NCBI GenBank assembly: GCA_003455995.1
Contig: DMPO01000006.1
Coordinates: 38,397 to 102,396, forward strand
Length of the DNA stretch: 64,000 nucleotides
From: Candidatus Azambacteria bacterium
Lineage (GTDB): Bacteria > Patescibacteriota > Minisyncoccia > UBA10092
Reading direction: 5' to 3'
This document shows positions 30,033 through 41,399 of this stretch, piece after piece. The translations under genes were made by a program, and so were the position numbers. The notes beneath the pieces were generated by a model. The model saw only the letters and a program-made list of their open reading frames with translations, was not told where the DNA came from and did not search any database. The stretch's first letter is position 1; the number at the start of each line of letters is the position of its first letter.

Positions 30033-30911
30033 ATGAAAAAAATTGGATTCATTGGGTTGGGGACTATGGGTTTGCGGATGGTGCAGAGATTGCTTTCCGC
30101 CGGGTATAAGCTGACGGTATATAACCGGACGGCGGAAAAAGCGAACGCGCTGGTGGATAACGGCGCGCGATTTGCCGTCAATCCGAGGCAACTCGCGGAG
30201 CGTTCCGATGTAATTATTACAATGGTCAGTGATGGTCGGGCTGTTCGCGATGTTGCCGAGGGCGTATGGGGGGCATTTTCAGTAGCACAGCGGGGAACGG
30301 TTTTTATTGACTGCAGTACCATTTCGGTCGGGACAACCAAATATCTCGCTTTGAGAGCGGAAAATTTGGGATGCTATTGGCTGGACGCGCCGGCGCTTGG
30401 AGGCCCAGCGGCGGCTGAAGCCGGAGAATTGTCGTTCGTCGTTGGCGGGCCAAAAAATATTCTAGATGAAAATATAGAGATTTTTAACGCCCTCGGCAGA
30501 GTTACTTGGATGGGGGAGTGCGGCATGGGCCAGGCGGCCAAAATTGTCCATAATATGGCCTGCGGCATATCGTTAGCGGCATTCAGCGAAGCGATTATTC
30601 TGGGCGAAAAACTTGGTCTGGAAAGAAAACAAACGATAGAGACGCTATTAAACGGCGCGGTTGGAAGTCCTTTATTAAAGGTGAAGGCGCCTAAATTTGA
30701 AGAAAATGATTTTGAACCCGCTTTTGCGTTAACTATGATGTTAAAGGATTTAACCTTGGCGGAAGACGCCGCCAAAGAATCGGAACTGTTTCTCCCGGCG
30801 CTTTCGGCGGTCAAAAAGCTCTACAATTTAGCGAGAATACGCGGATTTGGCGACGAGGACTCGTCGGCCGTTATTAAAGCGTTTCAATTTTTGACGGAGG
30901 TGAAGCGATGA
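30033..30911 (+). CDS. Beta-hydroxyacid dehydrogenase (3-hydroxyisobutyrate dehydrogenase/tartronate semialdehyde reductase family)
   Basis: 'IGFIGLG.MG', 'VYNRT', 'D.STI', 'DAP..GG...A', 'G.GQ.AK..HN', 'KDL.LA'. Confidence 0.9.
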   Translation: MKKIGFIGLGTMGLRMVQRLLSAGYKLTVYNRTAEKANALVDNGARFAVNPRQLAERSDVIITMVSDGRAVRDVAEGVWGAFSVAQRGTVFIDCSTISVGTTKYLALRAENLGCYWLDAPALGGPAAAEAGELSFVVGGPKNILDENIEIFNALGRVTWMGECGMGQAAKIVHNMACGISLAAFSEAIILGEKLGLERKQTIETLLNGAVGSPLLKVKAPKFEENDFEPAFALTMMLKDLTLAEDAAKESELFLPALSAVKKLYNLARIRGFGDEDSSAVIKAFQFLTEVKR

Positions 30912-32836
30912 ATGGCGCGGTGATAAAGATTATCCCCCAGTCGGAATTTGTCCGCGTTTGGCAAACAGGCGCAAATTTTTACGCTACGCTCTCTTTGATT
31001 GCCGACATGTGCCGCCTGAACGCGCTTTCGGCGGTTAAACGCGCCGGTTCCGGCCATCTTGGTTCCAGTTTCAGCGCGATGGATATTGTAACATATCTTT
31101 ATTGGTGGGAGATGAATACGATTCGGAAGGGCTTTGATAATCCGAATCGCGATATCTATTTTTCGTCAAAGGGACACGATGTTCCGGGGTTATACGCCGC
31201 GCTTTTTTCGCTTGGTATAATTTCGGAGGAACTTTTTCTGAAACTGCGCCGTCTCGGCGGCCTTCACGGCCATCCGGATATAAACAATTTAGGTATTGAG
31301 GCCAATTCTGGGTCGTTGGGAATGGGAATTTCCAAGGGCCGCGGAATGGCTTGGGCTAAAGAATATTTGGGATTGTCCGGACGAGTTTTCGTGATGACCG
31401 GCGATGGTGAGTTCCAGGAAGGGCAGAATTACGAGGCGCTTCAGGGAGCGGCGCAGTTAATGCAGGATCGCTTAATTGTGGTTATGGACCACAACAAGGT
31501 CCAAAGCGATAAATTGGTCAAAGAAATAGTTGACTTGGGCGATCTTGAAGCGAAGTTCTCGTCATTCGGTTGGTATGTTGAGCGTTGCAACGGCCATGAT
31601 TTTAAGGCGCTTGAAAAAACTTTCGCCAGAATCGATAAAATTACACAAAAACCAAAAATAATAATTGCCAACACAATCAAGGGCAAGGGCGTTTCTTTTA
31701 TGGAACACCCATATGCTCTTAAAGAAAATGGCATATATAAATGGCACGCCGGAGCGCCGGATGACGATTCTTACAAGGTAGCGTTTAAAGAATTGTTTGA
31801 AAAAATTAACACGCGGCTTGCAAAACTATTTTTGGATTCAATCACTACCAAAGAGGTGTGTGATGAAAAAGAGCCGGTCAATCAGAAAAAAGTATCCGGC
31901 GAATATATTGCCGATTCTTACGGCAAGGCGCTTGTGGCATTGGCCGCCGAGCGGGACGATTTCGTGGTATTGGACGCCGATTTGGCGGCGGATTGCCGAT
32001 TGCGCGATTTTGAAAAACAATTTCCGGAACGGTTTATCGAATGCGGCATCGCCGAGCAGGATATGGTGTCCATGGCCGGCGGCTTGGCGCGGCAGGGGAT
32101 TCTCCCGATTGTAAATTCCTTTGGAGCGTTTCTGTCATCGCGCGCCAATGAGCAAATTTACACCAACGCTTGCGAACGGTCCAAGATTATCTATGTTTGC
32201 CATTATGCCGGCCTCATTCCGGCCGGACCGGGAAAATCGCATCAGTGTCTTCGGGATGTCTCATTGTTCGGCGCGTTGCCGGATATGACTATCATTCAGC
32301 CATGCAATGCATGGGAGACGCGGCAGGCGCTTAATTATTGCGTCAATTTTACGGCCAACAGTTCTATGTTGCGTCTCAATATTGGTCCTTCTCCGCGCGT
32401 AATTGAGTTGCTGGCAGAATATGCTTTCACAAAAGGCATAGGCGCTGAACTGACAAAAGGGGAAGACGCGATTCTTTTCGCGTATGGGCCGGTGATGCTC
32501 AATGAAGCGCTTGCCGCTTCGGAGATATTGGCGAAAAAAGGATTTGGATTAAAAGTTGTCAATATGCCGTGGCTGAATTCAGTGGATGTTGAATGGTTAA
32601 GAGCGGTTTTAGGTCCGACTAAAAAAATATTCGTACTGGAAGACCACAATATAATCGGCGGTTTAGGAGATTTTCTGTTAAATCAATTTGTCACCAATAA
32701 ACTTTTGGAAGGGAAGACGTTCCGAAAATTCGGGATAACCGGATTGCCGGCCTGCGGCCGACCTGATGAAGTATTGAAATTTCACGGCCTTGATGGCGCA
32801 ACGTTTGCGAAAAAATCCAACAATAAGGAGGAATGA
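30908..32836 (+). CDS. Single-chain transketolase-like TPP enzyme
   Basis: 'GSGH.GSS.S', 'SKGH', 'GSLG.G', TPP motif 'GDGE.QEG...N', 'GIAEQ.MV', 'SHQ', 'EDH...GGLG'. Confidence 0.88.
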   Translation: MNGAVIKIIPQSEFVRVWQTGANFYATLSLIADMCRLNALSAVKRAGSGHLGSSFSAMDIVTYLYWWEMNTIRKGFDNPNRDIYFSSKGHDVPGLYAALFSLGIISEELFLKLRRLGGLHGHPDINNLGIEANSGSLGMGISKGRGMAWAKEYLGLSGRVFVMTGDGEFQEGQNYEALQGAAQLMQDRLIVVMDHNKVQSDKLVKEIVDLGDLEAKFSSFGWYVERCNGHDFKALEKTFARIDKITQKPKIIIANTIKGKGVSFMEHPYALKENGIYKWHAGAPDDDSYKVAFKELFEKINTRLAKLFLDSITTKEVCDEKEPVNQKKVSGEYIADSYGKALVALAAERDDFVVLDADLAADCRLRDFEKQFPERFIECGIAEQDMVSMAGGLARQGILPIVNSFGAFLSSRANEQIYTNACERSKIIYVCHYAGLIPAGPGKSHQCLRDVSLFGALPDMTIIQPCNAWETRQALNYCVNFTANSSMLRLNIGPSPRVIELLAEYAFTKGIGAELTKGEDAILFAYGPVMLNEALAASEILAKKGFGLKVVNMPWLNSVDVEWLRAVLGPTKKIFVLEDHNIIGGLGDFLLNQFVTNKLLEGKTFRKFGITGLPACGRPDEVLKFHGLDGATFAKKSNNKEE

Positions 32837-32840
32837 AGAT

Positions 32841-33347
32841 ATGGATTTTGAGTTGCTTGAAAAATTGCGAAAAATAAAACTTTTGGTGCTTGATTGCGAC
32901 GGCGTTCTGACTGACAGCTATGTCTATGTGAACAATGATGGCAATGAATTTTGTCGGTTTAGCCATCGCGATGGCAAGGGGATTCAACTGATTCGGGAAG
33001 CGGGGATTGAAGTGGCGATAATAACAAGCCAGAAAAGCCCCTATGTTAAAAAAAGATGCGATAAGATGGGCGTTGAATTTCACCAAGCCATTACGAACAA
33101 ACTAAGAAATCTTGGTGATATGCTTGAAGACAAAAAGATGCGTTTTCAAGAAGTTTGTTTTGTCGGCGACGATGTTAGCGACATCGCGGTAATGAATAAT
33201 GTCGGTTTGCCCATAGCGGTAGCCGATGCCGAAGAAGAAGTAAAAAAAATCACCGCATATATTACTAAAAGAAAAGGCGGCGAGCACGCCGTTCGCGAAG
33301 TTTGCAATCTGATTTTGGAAGCAAGAAGGTGTCGTAATGAATTCTGA
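32841..33347 (+). CDS. KdsC/YrbI-family HAD phosphatase (Kdo-8-P/Kdn-9-P phosphatase-like)
   Basis: 'LDCDGVLTD', 'F..RDG.GI', 'GDD..D', 'GG..AVRE'; start at ATG 32841 after SD AAGGAGG. Confidence 0.88.
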   Translation: MDFELLEKLRKIKLLVLDCDGVLTDSYVYVNNDGNEFCRFSHRDGKGIQLIREAGIEVAIITSQKSPYVKKRCDKMGVEFHQAITNKLRNLGDMLEDKKMRFQEVCFVGDDVSDIAVMNNVGLPIAVADAEEEVKKITAYITKRKGGEHAVREVCNLILEARRCRNEF

Positions 33348-34155
33348 AGCGTATAAAATGTTCTCGGTAGAGAACAAAGTGATTGTCATTACCGGCGGCG
33401 CCGGATTTCTTGGGATGCAATTTGCCAAAGCGTTAGGTTTGGCCGGCGCCCAGATTGTGATTTGGGACAATTGTGATTTCAGTTTTCTGCAATCGCAAGC
33501 CGTCTTGTTGAGGCAAAAAAATATCAAGTGCATTGCCCAAGATGTTGATTTAACGGATATGGTAGTAGTTAACAAAATGGCAAATTCGGTTATTGAAAAA
33601 TTTGACCGCATTGATGTTCTTATCAACAACGCCGCGCTCAATCCGGCTGTTGACAGCGCCGAAGCCGAGCAAATGTTCTCGCCTTACGAAAAATATCCCG
33701 TTGATCTGTTCAAGAAGGAGGTAGAAGTGGATTTGATTGGAACGCATCTTTGCATTCAGGCGGCGGCGCCGCAAATGATAAAGCGAAGATCGGGGGTGAT
33801 TTTAAATATCTCCTCCGAATACGCCAATATTGCCGCCGACAATCGAATCTACGGCGAAGGTCAGTTCAAGTCCATCGCCTATATTGCCGCCAAAAGTGGA
33901 GTTCTCGGACTCACTCGAGGCTGGGCGTCTTATCTGGGAGAGTATGGCGTTCGCGTTAACGCTTTTACTCCCGGTGGCATGCCCAAGCCGGAAGTGTCGG
34001 AAGAATTCCGACGAAAATATTCTTCACTAAATATGCTGGGGCGGACGGCAAATCCCGGAGAATATGACGGCGCGATTTTGTTCTTGTGTTCCGACGCTTC
34101 CTCATTTATGACCGGCAATCAGCTTGTCATGGATGGCGGCAAAAGCGCATGGTGA
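33337..34155 (+). CDS. Short-chain dehydrogenase/reductase (classical SDR)
   Basis: 'ITGGAG.LG', 'NNAA', YIAAK, 'RVN...PGG', 'SFMTG..L..DGG'. Confidence 0.9.
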   Translation: MNSEAYKMFSVENKVIVITGGAGFLGMQFAKALGLAGAQIVIWDNCDFSFLQSQAVLLRQKNIKCIAQDVDLTDMVVVNKMANSVIEKFDRIDVLINNAALNPAVDSAEAEQMFSPYEKYPVDLFKKEVEVDLIGTHLCIQAAAPQMIKRRSGVILNISSEYANIAADNRIYGEGQFKSIAYIAAKSGVLGLTRGWASYLGEYGVRVNAFTPGGMPKPEVSEEFRRKYSSLNMLGRTANPGEYDGAILFLCSDASSFMTGNQLVMDGGKSAW

Positions 34156-34169
34156 GAGAAGGAGGGCAT

Positions 34170-35042
34170 ATGGTAAAAATAGAAAACATATTTGTCGGAG
34201 ACGACCACCCATGTTTTATAGTCGCCGAAATCGGAATCAATCATAATGGCAGTTTGGAAATTGCCAAAAAGATGATTGATTTGGCGGCCGAATCCGGCTG
34301 CGATGCCGTGAAATTTCAAAAACGGACGCCGGATTTATGCGTTCCCGACGAACAGAAAAATATGATGTACGAAACCCCTTGGGGGTTGATACCGTATATC
34401 GAATACCGGCATAAGATTGAATTCGGGCAGAAGGGATATGAACAAATTGATGATTATTGCCGGAGGAAAGGAATCATGTGGTTCGCTTCCTGTTGGGACG
34501 AAGATAGCGTCGATTTTATCGAAAAGTTCGATCCTCCTTGCTACAAAATCGGCTCGGCGTCTTTAACCGACAGAAATCTTTTGCTCCATACTCGGTTTAA
34601 AAACAAGCCCGTTATTCTTTCAACGGGGATGAGCACGATGGAGCAGGTTTATGGCGCAGTTGATACTTTGGGGAGAGAGGACTTAATCCTCTTGCACTGT
34701 GTCGGGACTTATCCCGTGCCCGATCATGAAAATAATTTGAGGGTTATCAATACCCTGCGGGAAACATTTCCGGAAGTGCCGATTGGATACAGCGGGCATT
34801 GCCGCGGCACCACTTTGGGCGTTTGCGCCGTCGCCTTGGGCGCTTGCGTAGTAGAGAGGCACATCACGCTTGACCGCGAAATGTGGGGGTCCAATCAGGC
34901 GGCAAGCTTGGGGCCGGAGGGACTTAAGCTGATGGTCGGCAACATCCGCCGGCTGGAACTCGCTTTAGGCGACGGAGTCAAGAGAGTTTTAGAATCGGAG
35001 GTTCCTCTGATTATGAAGCTCCGCCGAAAAGTTGATTTTTGA
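34170..35042 (+). CDS. neuB: N-acetylneuraminate synthase family (NeuB/SpsE), short form without C-terminal SAF domain
   Basis: 'AEIGINHNG', 'DAVKFQKR', 'ILSTGM', 'LLHC..TYP', 'GYSGH', 'ERHITLDR'; start at ATG 34170 after SD. Confidence 0.92.
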   Translation: MVKIENIFVGDDHPCFIVAEIGINHNGSLEIAKKMIDLAAESGCDAVKFQKRTPDLCVPDEQKNMMYETPWGLIPYIEYRHKIEFGQKGYEQIDDYCRRKGIMWFASCWDEDSVDFIEKFDPPCYKIGSASLTDRNLLLHTRFKNKPVILSTGMSTMEQVYGAVDTLGREDLILLHCVGTYPVPDHENNLRVINTLRETFPEVPIGYSGHCRGTTLGVCAVALGACVVERHITLDREMWGSNQAASLGPEGLKLMVGNIRRLELALGDGVKRVLESEVPLIMKLRRKVDF

Positions 35043-35085
35043 CTATGTTACCAAAAATTGCTGTAGCAATTTTTGGTAACATAGT
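35042..35085. repeat. Perfect 21-bp inverted repeat with 2-nt centre between convergent genes
   Basis: actatgttaccaaaaattgct-gt-agcaatttttggtaacatagt; a second IR, gccccgtta-ac-taacggggc, lies at 35092-35111. Confidence 0.9.
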
Positions 35086-35097
35086 AATTACGCCCCG

Positions 35098-36360
35098 TTA
35101 ACTAACGGGGCTTTTGAATTTCCAAAGCGCGATGCTTATAAAAAATATGATGATATAATAAATCACCTGCGCCAGAACTAATCCCAAAATGCCGCCCCAA
35201 ATGCCGAGCGCCACATACAAAATTATTTTGACAATACTGGAAGAGATACTGCTTGACGCGATGGCTCCGAACATTTTTTGGGAGTTGATGGCCGTTCCGA
35301 TATAGCCCACCGGAGCGATGAAAATAAAAGATAATGCCAAAATTTGAGAATAGAAAATTGAGTCAATATATTTGGGCAATAAATATTTAAATACTAAAGG
35401 CGATACTAAAATATATCCGACGGCGAGAAGCGCTCCCAAACCGATTGCCTGAAATATTCTTTTGTAAAAAACTTCGTCTATCTCCTCGGTATTTTTAACG
35501 GCAAGCTTGGGCAGTCCGAGATTTATGATGCTTTTTATAAACGGCCCGACTTTATCCGGAATTGCTCGCGCCAGAGAATACACCGCCAATGGCGCCGGAC
35601 CCCAAAAATGAACAAGAACGATGCTATCGGTTTGCGCCACAATCGGGCCGATGAATCCCAAAAGCGTCAGCCGGCGGCCGTATTTGACGACATCTCCGGC
35701 CGGCGCCAACGGCGGATTAAAAATCTGCAGTGTTTTCCAATAAAAAAATATATTGGCAATCAGAGTAGTTAAAGCGTAGGCGATAATAAGCGGCAATATT
35801 TCCTTGCTTAACAGCGTTGCCAGCAACATTCCGGCGGCGTATATGGCGGTTGAAAAAATACTGAATAAATTATTGATTTTAAATTGTTTTTTGCCGTCAA
35901 GATACGCGCCGTAGGTATTGAACGCGAAAGTCAGGGGTGTAAATATGCCAAAAATAAGGAAAGAAATCGCAAGAATTTGATTATCGTTTAGAAAATAATA
36001 ACCTCCCAATCCCCACATAGCGATTGCCATCATAACATTCCATTTCAACTGGTATCTGACGGAAGTTCTTAACGCCCCTTCATTGCCGGTGGCCGTGGCT
36101 TGGCTGACCGCCGCGTTCATTCCGGTCATGGTAAAAACATTGAATATGCCCGCCAAAGACAAAATATAGCGGTAAAATCCGTAGGTTTCTTTCGGAAGCA
36201 AATTCGCGAAAGCGATTATCAAAAGGAAGGAAATCGAGCTATTCATTCCTTGTCCGAAAGCCGTCCAAAAACCGCCGCCGGCGAAATATTTTAAATCCAA
36301 GCCAAAAAATTCGGTGCCATAGTTTATGAATTTATGGTAAATTTCTTTTTTACTTTCCAT
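35098..36360 (-). CDS. Oligosaccharide flippase (Wzx/MOP family)
   Basis: ~12 TMs; 'ANLL....YG.Y.Y..S', 'D.I.L.HF.G...LAVYS.A' pattern; downstream of a sugar transferase. Confidence 0.85.
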   Translation of the reverse strand: MESKKEIYHKFINYGTEFFGLDLKYFAGGGFWTAFGQGMNSSISFLLIIAFANLLPKETYGFYRYILSLAGIFNVFTMTGMNAAVSQATATGNEGALRTSVRYQLKWNVMMAIAMWGLGGYYFLNDNQILAISFLIFGIFTPLTFAFNTYGAYLDGKKQFKINNLFSIFSTAIYAAGMLLATLLSKEILPLIIAYALTTLIANIFFYWKTLQIFNPPLAPAGDVVKYGRRLTLLGFIGPIVAQTDSIVLVHFWGPAPLAVYSLARAIPDKVGPFIKSIINLGLPKLAVKNTEEIDEVFYKRIFQAIGLGALLAVGYILVSPLVFKYLLPKYIDSIFYSQILALSFIFIAPVGYIGTAINSQKMFGAIASSSISSSIVKIILYVALGIWGGILGLVLAQVIYYIIIFFISIALWKFKSPVS

Positions 36361-37690
36361 TGCCGGATAGTAAAATCTTGATGGTTTTTAGAATAATCGA
36401 AAAATCCAGAAATATTGAGCGATTTTTGAGATAATACAGATCATATTGAAGTTTCTCCATTGTTTCTTTGAAGGTTGGGCCGGCCTTAGGATTATGTAAT
36501 TGCGCCCAGCCGGCAATTCCCGGTTTTATCAAATGGCGCATTTCGTAGAAGGGGATTTCTTCCGATAGTTTTTCAACAAGTTCCGGCTTTTCGGGCCGAG
36601 GTCCGATAAATGACATCTGTCCCAATAAAATATTCCAGACCTGCGGCAGTTCATCTATGTGTGTTTTTCGCAAAAATCTGCCGACAAAAGTCATTTCTTC
36701 TTTCAAGGGCTTGCGCATTTCGTATTTGCCGCTCTTATCGCTGGATAGCGATCTGAATTTAGTTAGTGTAAATATCTTTCCGTTTTTTCCTACGCGGTGG
36801 CGTCTGAAAAAAATCGGTCCCGGATTGGAGATTTCTATGGCCAAAACAGCAAAAGGGAATATCAACAGCGCGATGGTTCCTAAAATAATTGAGCCGATAA
36901 TATCTATGATTCTCTTTACGATTTCGTAAAGATTTTTTTTGGATTGCCCGATATTTTCCAAAAACCACGCCTCCTGAATGATTGAAATTGGCACTCGGTC
37001 TGTTGTAAGTTCGTAAAACTTATCAAGGTCGTTAATAGCGGCGCCTTGCTTAAAATATCTGAAAAGCAAATAGGACAGTTTTTTTGAATGATCGAATTGT
37101 TCGGCCGAAATAATCAGTGAGAATCTTTTATCTCGCCAAAGGTTTTCCAGTTCGGAGGAATTATCAGGCGCCAAAATTCCGGCCACTCGATAGCCCAATT
37201 GCGGATTGTTGTTCAAAAATTCTTTCAACTCCAATATTTCCGGACTGGCGCCGATAAATACGACGCCGATCTTTAGCGCTTTTGTGGCCCACTTGTTAAA
37301 ATATTGCCTCCAATAATAAAGAATGGCCACGGTCAAAACTAGATCGATAAACAGATTTATTTTGGGCGTGATTATGAAATATGGTATAAAGTAGAAGAAG
37401 GAAATGGCGATTGCCGCGTTAACGCCGAATGTGATGATGAGATTTTTATAGAAGAATTCTTCATTCTTGAGTTTCAACAGATCATAGAGGCCGGCAGTCC
37501 AAAAAATAATTAGCCAAAAAGCGAATATTATGCTAAAAGGAACAAGATGAAGAGGGACAGAATTCAATAGCGTTGAAAAATCGCGTTCGATAACCGCATA
37601 TCGTATCAGAAGAGTCAACCCCAAGGCGACATAGAATATCACAAAGTCGCTAACAACAAGCAAAAATATCTTTAACCGTTTTCGCCACAT
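36350..37690 (-). CDS. Initiating polyprenyl-phosphate glycosylphosphotransferase (WcaJ/WbaP-like)
   Basis: N-terminal TMs; 'KR..DI', 'GPIFF...RVG..G', 'KFRS', 'DELPQ.WN...G.MS.IGPRP', 'KPGI.GWAQ', 'DLYY..N.S'. Confidence 0.92.
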   Translation of the reverse strand: MWRKRLKIFLLVVSDFVIFYVALGLTLLIRYAVIERDFSTLLNSVPLHLVPFSIIFAFWLIIFWTAGLYDLLKLKNEEFFYKNLIITFGVNAAIAISFFYFIPYFIITPKINLFIDLVLTVAILYYWRQYFNKWATKALKIGVVFIGASPEILELKEFLNNNPQLGYRVAGILAPDNSSELENLWRDKRFSLIISAEQFDHSKKLSYLLFRYFKQGAAINDLDKFYELTTDRVPISIIQEAWFLENIGQSKKNLYEIVKRIIDIIGSIILGTIALLIFPFAVLAIEISNPGPIFFRRHRVGKNGKIFTLTKFRSLSSDKSGKYEMRKPLKEEMTFVGRFLRKTHIDELPQVWNILLGQMSFIGPRPEKPELVEKLSEEIPFYEMRHLIKPGIAGWAQLHNPKAGPTFKETMEKLQYDLYYLKNRSIFLDFSIILKTIKILLSGNGK

Positions 37691-37718
37691 GGTTTAAGTG
37701 TAAAACTTAAAGCGAAAA

Positions 37719-37725
<7 letters not shown>
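37691..37725 (-). promoter_or_regulatory. Putative leaderless promoter for the phosphoglycosyltransferase
   Basis: TAGACA-17-TACACT-6 nt-ATG on the minus strand; only 28 bp separate the divergent start codons. Confidence 0.55.
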
Positions 37726-39920
<2,195 letters not shown>

Positions 39921-39921
39921 T

Positions 39922-40779
39922 ATGGCAAATATGAAGTTTAGAATTGTTTTCGGTCTTATTCTGCTCATTCTGGTTTTTATCGGCTTTTTTGTCGGTCTGC
40001 CTTATTTTCTCCGGAAAATTCAGTTGAGCCCGATTTTTGAATTTCCCAAATTCACATTTATGTCCGCGCCCGCGCTATCTACATCCACGCCAGGATTTTG
40101 GAATTTTTTTAGTCCGGCGCAAGTTCAATCGCGGCGCCAATCCATTGTCCAATCCGGCAATTCGATATTTCAAAATAAAATCAATATCGCCGGCGTTTCC
40201 AAATACGGCAGAGAGAGCGTTAATTTGAGCAACGCTTCCCCCTCCCTGGTTAATATTACCGGATGGAGAATCAAGAGCAGAAACAGAGGGGAATTTGTTA
40301 TTGGCAAGGGGCTGGCGCTTCCCAATTTCAGCTCAGATCTTTCCGATGTTTGGCTTTCTGCGGGCGAATCGGCCGAAATCATAGCCGATATCAGCCCTTT
40401 GGCGAACAATTTCAGAATCAATAGTTGTTTCGGAGGTATAAGCGAATTATACAATTTGGGATATGGATTTAGTTGCCCGGCCATCGCGCCGATGGATTTC
40501 GCCGGCATGGACAGCGCCTGCCAGGATTTGATAATGCGCAGTTCGTCCTGCCGCGCGCCAAGCGACAATATATTGAACCAACAATCTTCAAAATGCCGGA
40601 CATGGTTTGAAAAAAATGTGAATTATCCAGCCTGCGTTTCCAAACATATCAACGACAGGAATTTCTATGGAGGATGGAAAATTTTTACCGGCAACAAAAT
40701 GCAAATTTTCGACCCGCTTCACGACAAAATCGAACTTCGCGATCGCGCGGGACTGGCGGTCGACTCTTATGAGTATTGA
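39922..40779 (+). CDS. Membrane-anchored Cys-rich hypothetical protein (lamin-tail-domain-like)
   Basis: N-terminal TM; 'E.V.L.N.....VNITGW.I' and 'D.I.L.D..G..VD' LTD-like strands; several Cys. Confidence 0.55.
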   Translation: MANMKFRIVFGLILLILVFIGFFVGLPYFLRKIQLSPIFEFPKFTFMSAPALSTSTPGFWNFFSPAQVQSRRQSIVQSGNSIFQNKINIAGVSKYGRESVNLSNASPSLVNITGWRIKSRNRGEFVIGKGLALPNFSSDLSDVWLSAGESAEIIADISPLANNFRINSCFGGISELYNLGYGFSCPAIAPMDFAGMDSACQDLIMRSSSCRAPSDNILNQQSSKCRTWFEKNVNYPACVSKHINDRNFYGGWKIFTGNKMQIFDPLHDKIELRDRAGLAVDSYEY

Positions 40780-40787
40780 ACGATTTT

Positions 40788-41399
40788 TTATTTTTTGGCG
40801 GTTATCCAAATATTCATGCCGCACTCAAAATAACCGGATCGCAAGTTTTCTTTGGCAAACGGGATTTTTCCAAATATTTTTTTAATTTCTAAAGGCGTAT
40901 AAGCATATTTATGCTCCGCGAGTTCCGTAGAACTCACCAAGCGCATTTTAGCCATTATTTTCAGCGGCAACACCGCCCATGTCGATGGAGTGGTTAAAAC
41001 GCATATTCCTTCGGGTTTTAATATTCTATAAATTTCGCCCACAATGGCGAGCGTTTTTTTTGGTTCAATATGTTCAAAAACCGCAAGAATGGTAATCGCG
41101 TCAAAAAAATTATTTTGATAGGGCAGATTGCTTTGACATTCAATATCGTATTCCAAAAAAGAAATCCCATTTTTTTTGAGAATATCTTTTTGGTTGTTGC
41201 CGATTTTATCCAAACCGTATTTTTCGGCAAAATCAACGCCGACAAGAAAAAGCGGAAAACTGCCGCAGCCGATATCGAGAATGCGCCCTTTTCTGCAATT
41301 TAAAGGAATCAGGTTATCGGCCATTTTGCTTCTTTTTTTAGCCAGAAATTTTTCAAGAAGACCGTATCCTCTGGTCACGGTCTGGTTAAAAGGGCTCAT
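40788..41399 (-). CDS. Class I SAM-dependent methyltransferase
   Basis: 'ILDIGCG', 'LPY....FD.IT..AV.EH', 'RILKP.G'. Confidence 0.88.
   Translation of the reverse strand: MSPFNQTVTRGYGLLEKFLAKKRSKMADNLIPLNCRKGRILDIGCGSFPLFLVGVDFAEKYGLDKIGNNQKDILKKNGISFLEYDIECQSNLPYQNNFFDAITILAVFEHIEPKKTLAIVGEIYRILKPEGICVLTTPSTWAVLPLKIMAKMRLVSSTELAEHKYAYTPLEIKKIFGKIPFAKENLRSGYFECGMNIWITAKK

Noticed and set aside
30908-32836. Calling the fused TPP enzyme DXS or a duplicate of the housekeeping transketolase
   Set aside because: Motifs ('GSGH.GSS.S', 'SKGH', 'GDGE.QEG') are transketolase-like and the context is sugar biosynthesis; the split transketolase at 52026 lies across the suspected chimeric junction, so it may not be from the same genome
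29957-33641. Several 100-180 aa antisense ORFs over the dehydrogenase, transketolase, KdsC and SDR genes
   Set aside because: Expected shadows of GC-richer coding sequence; no motifs or initiation signals
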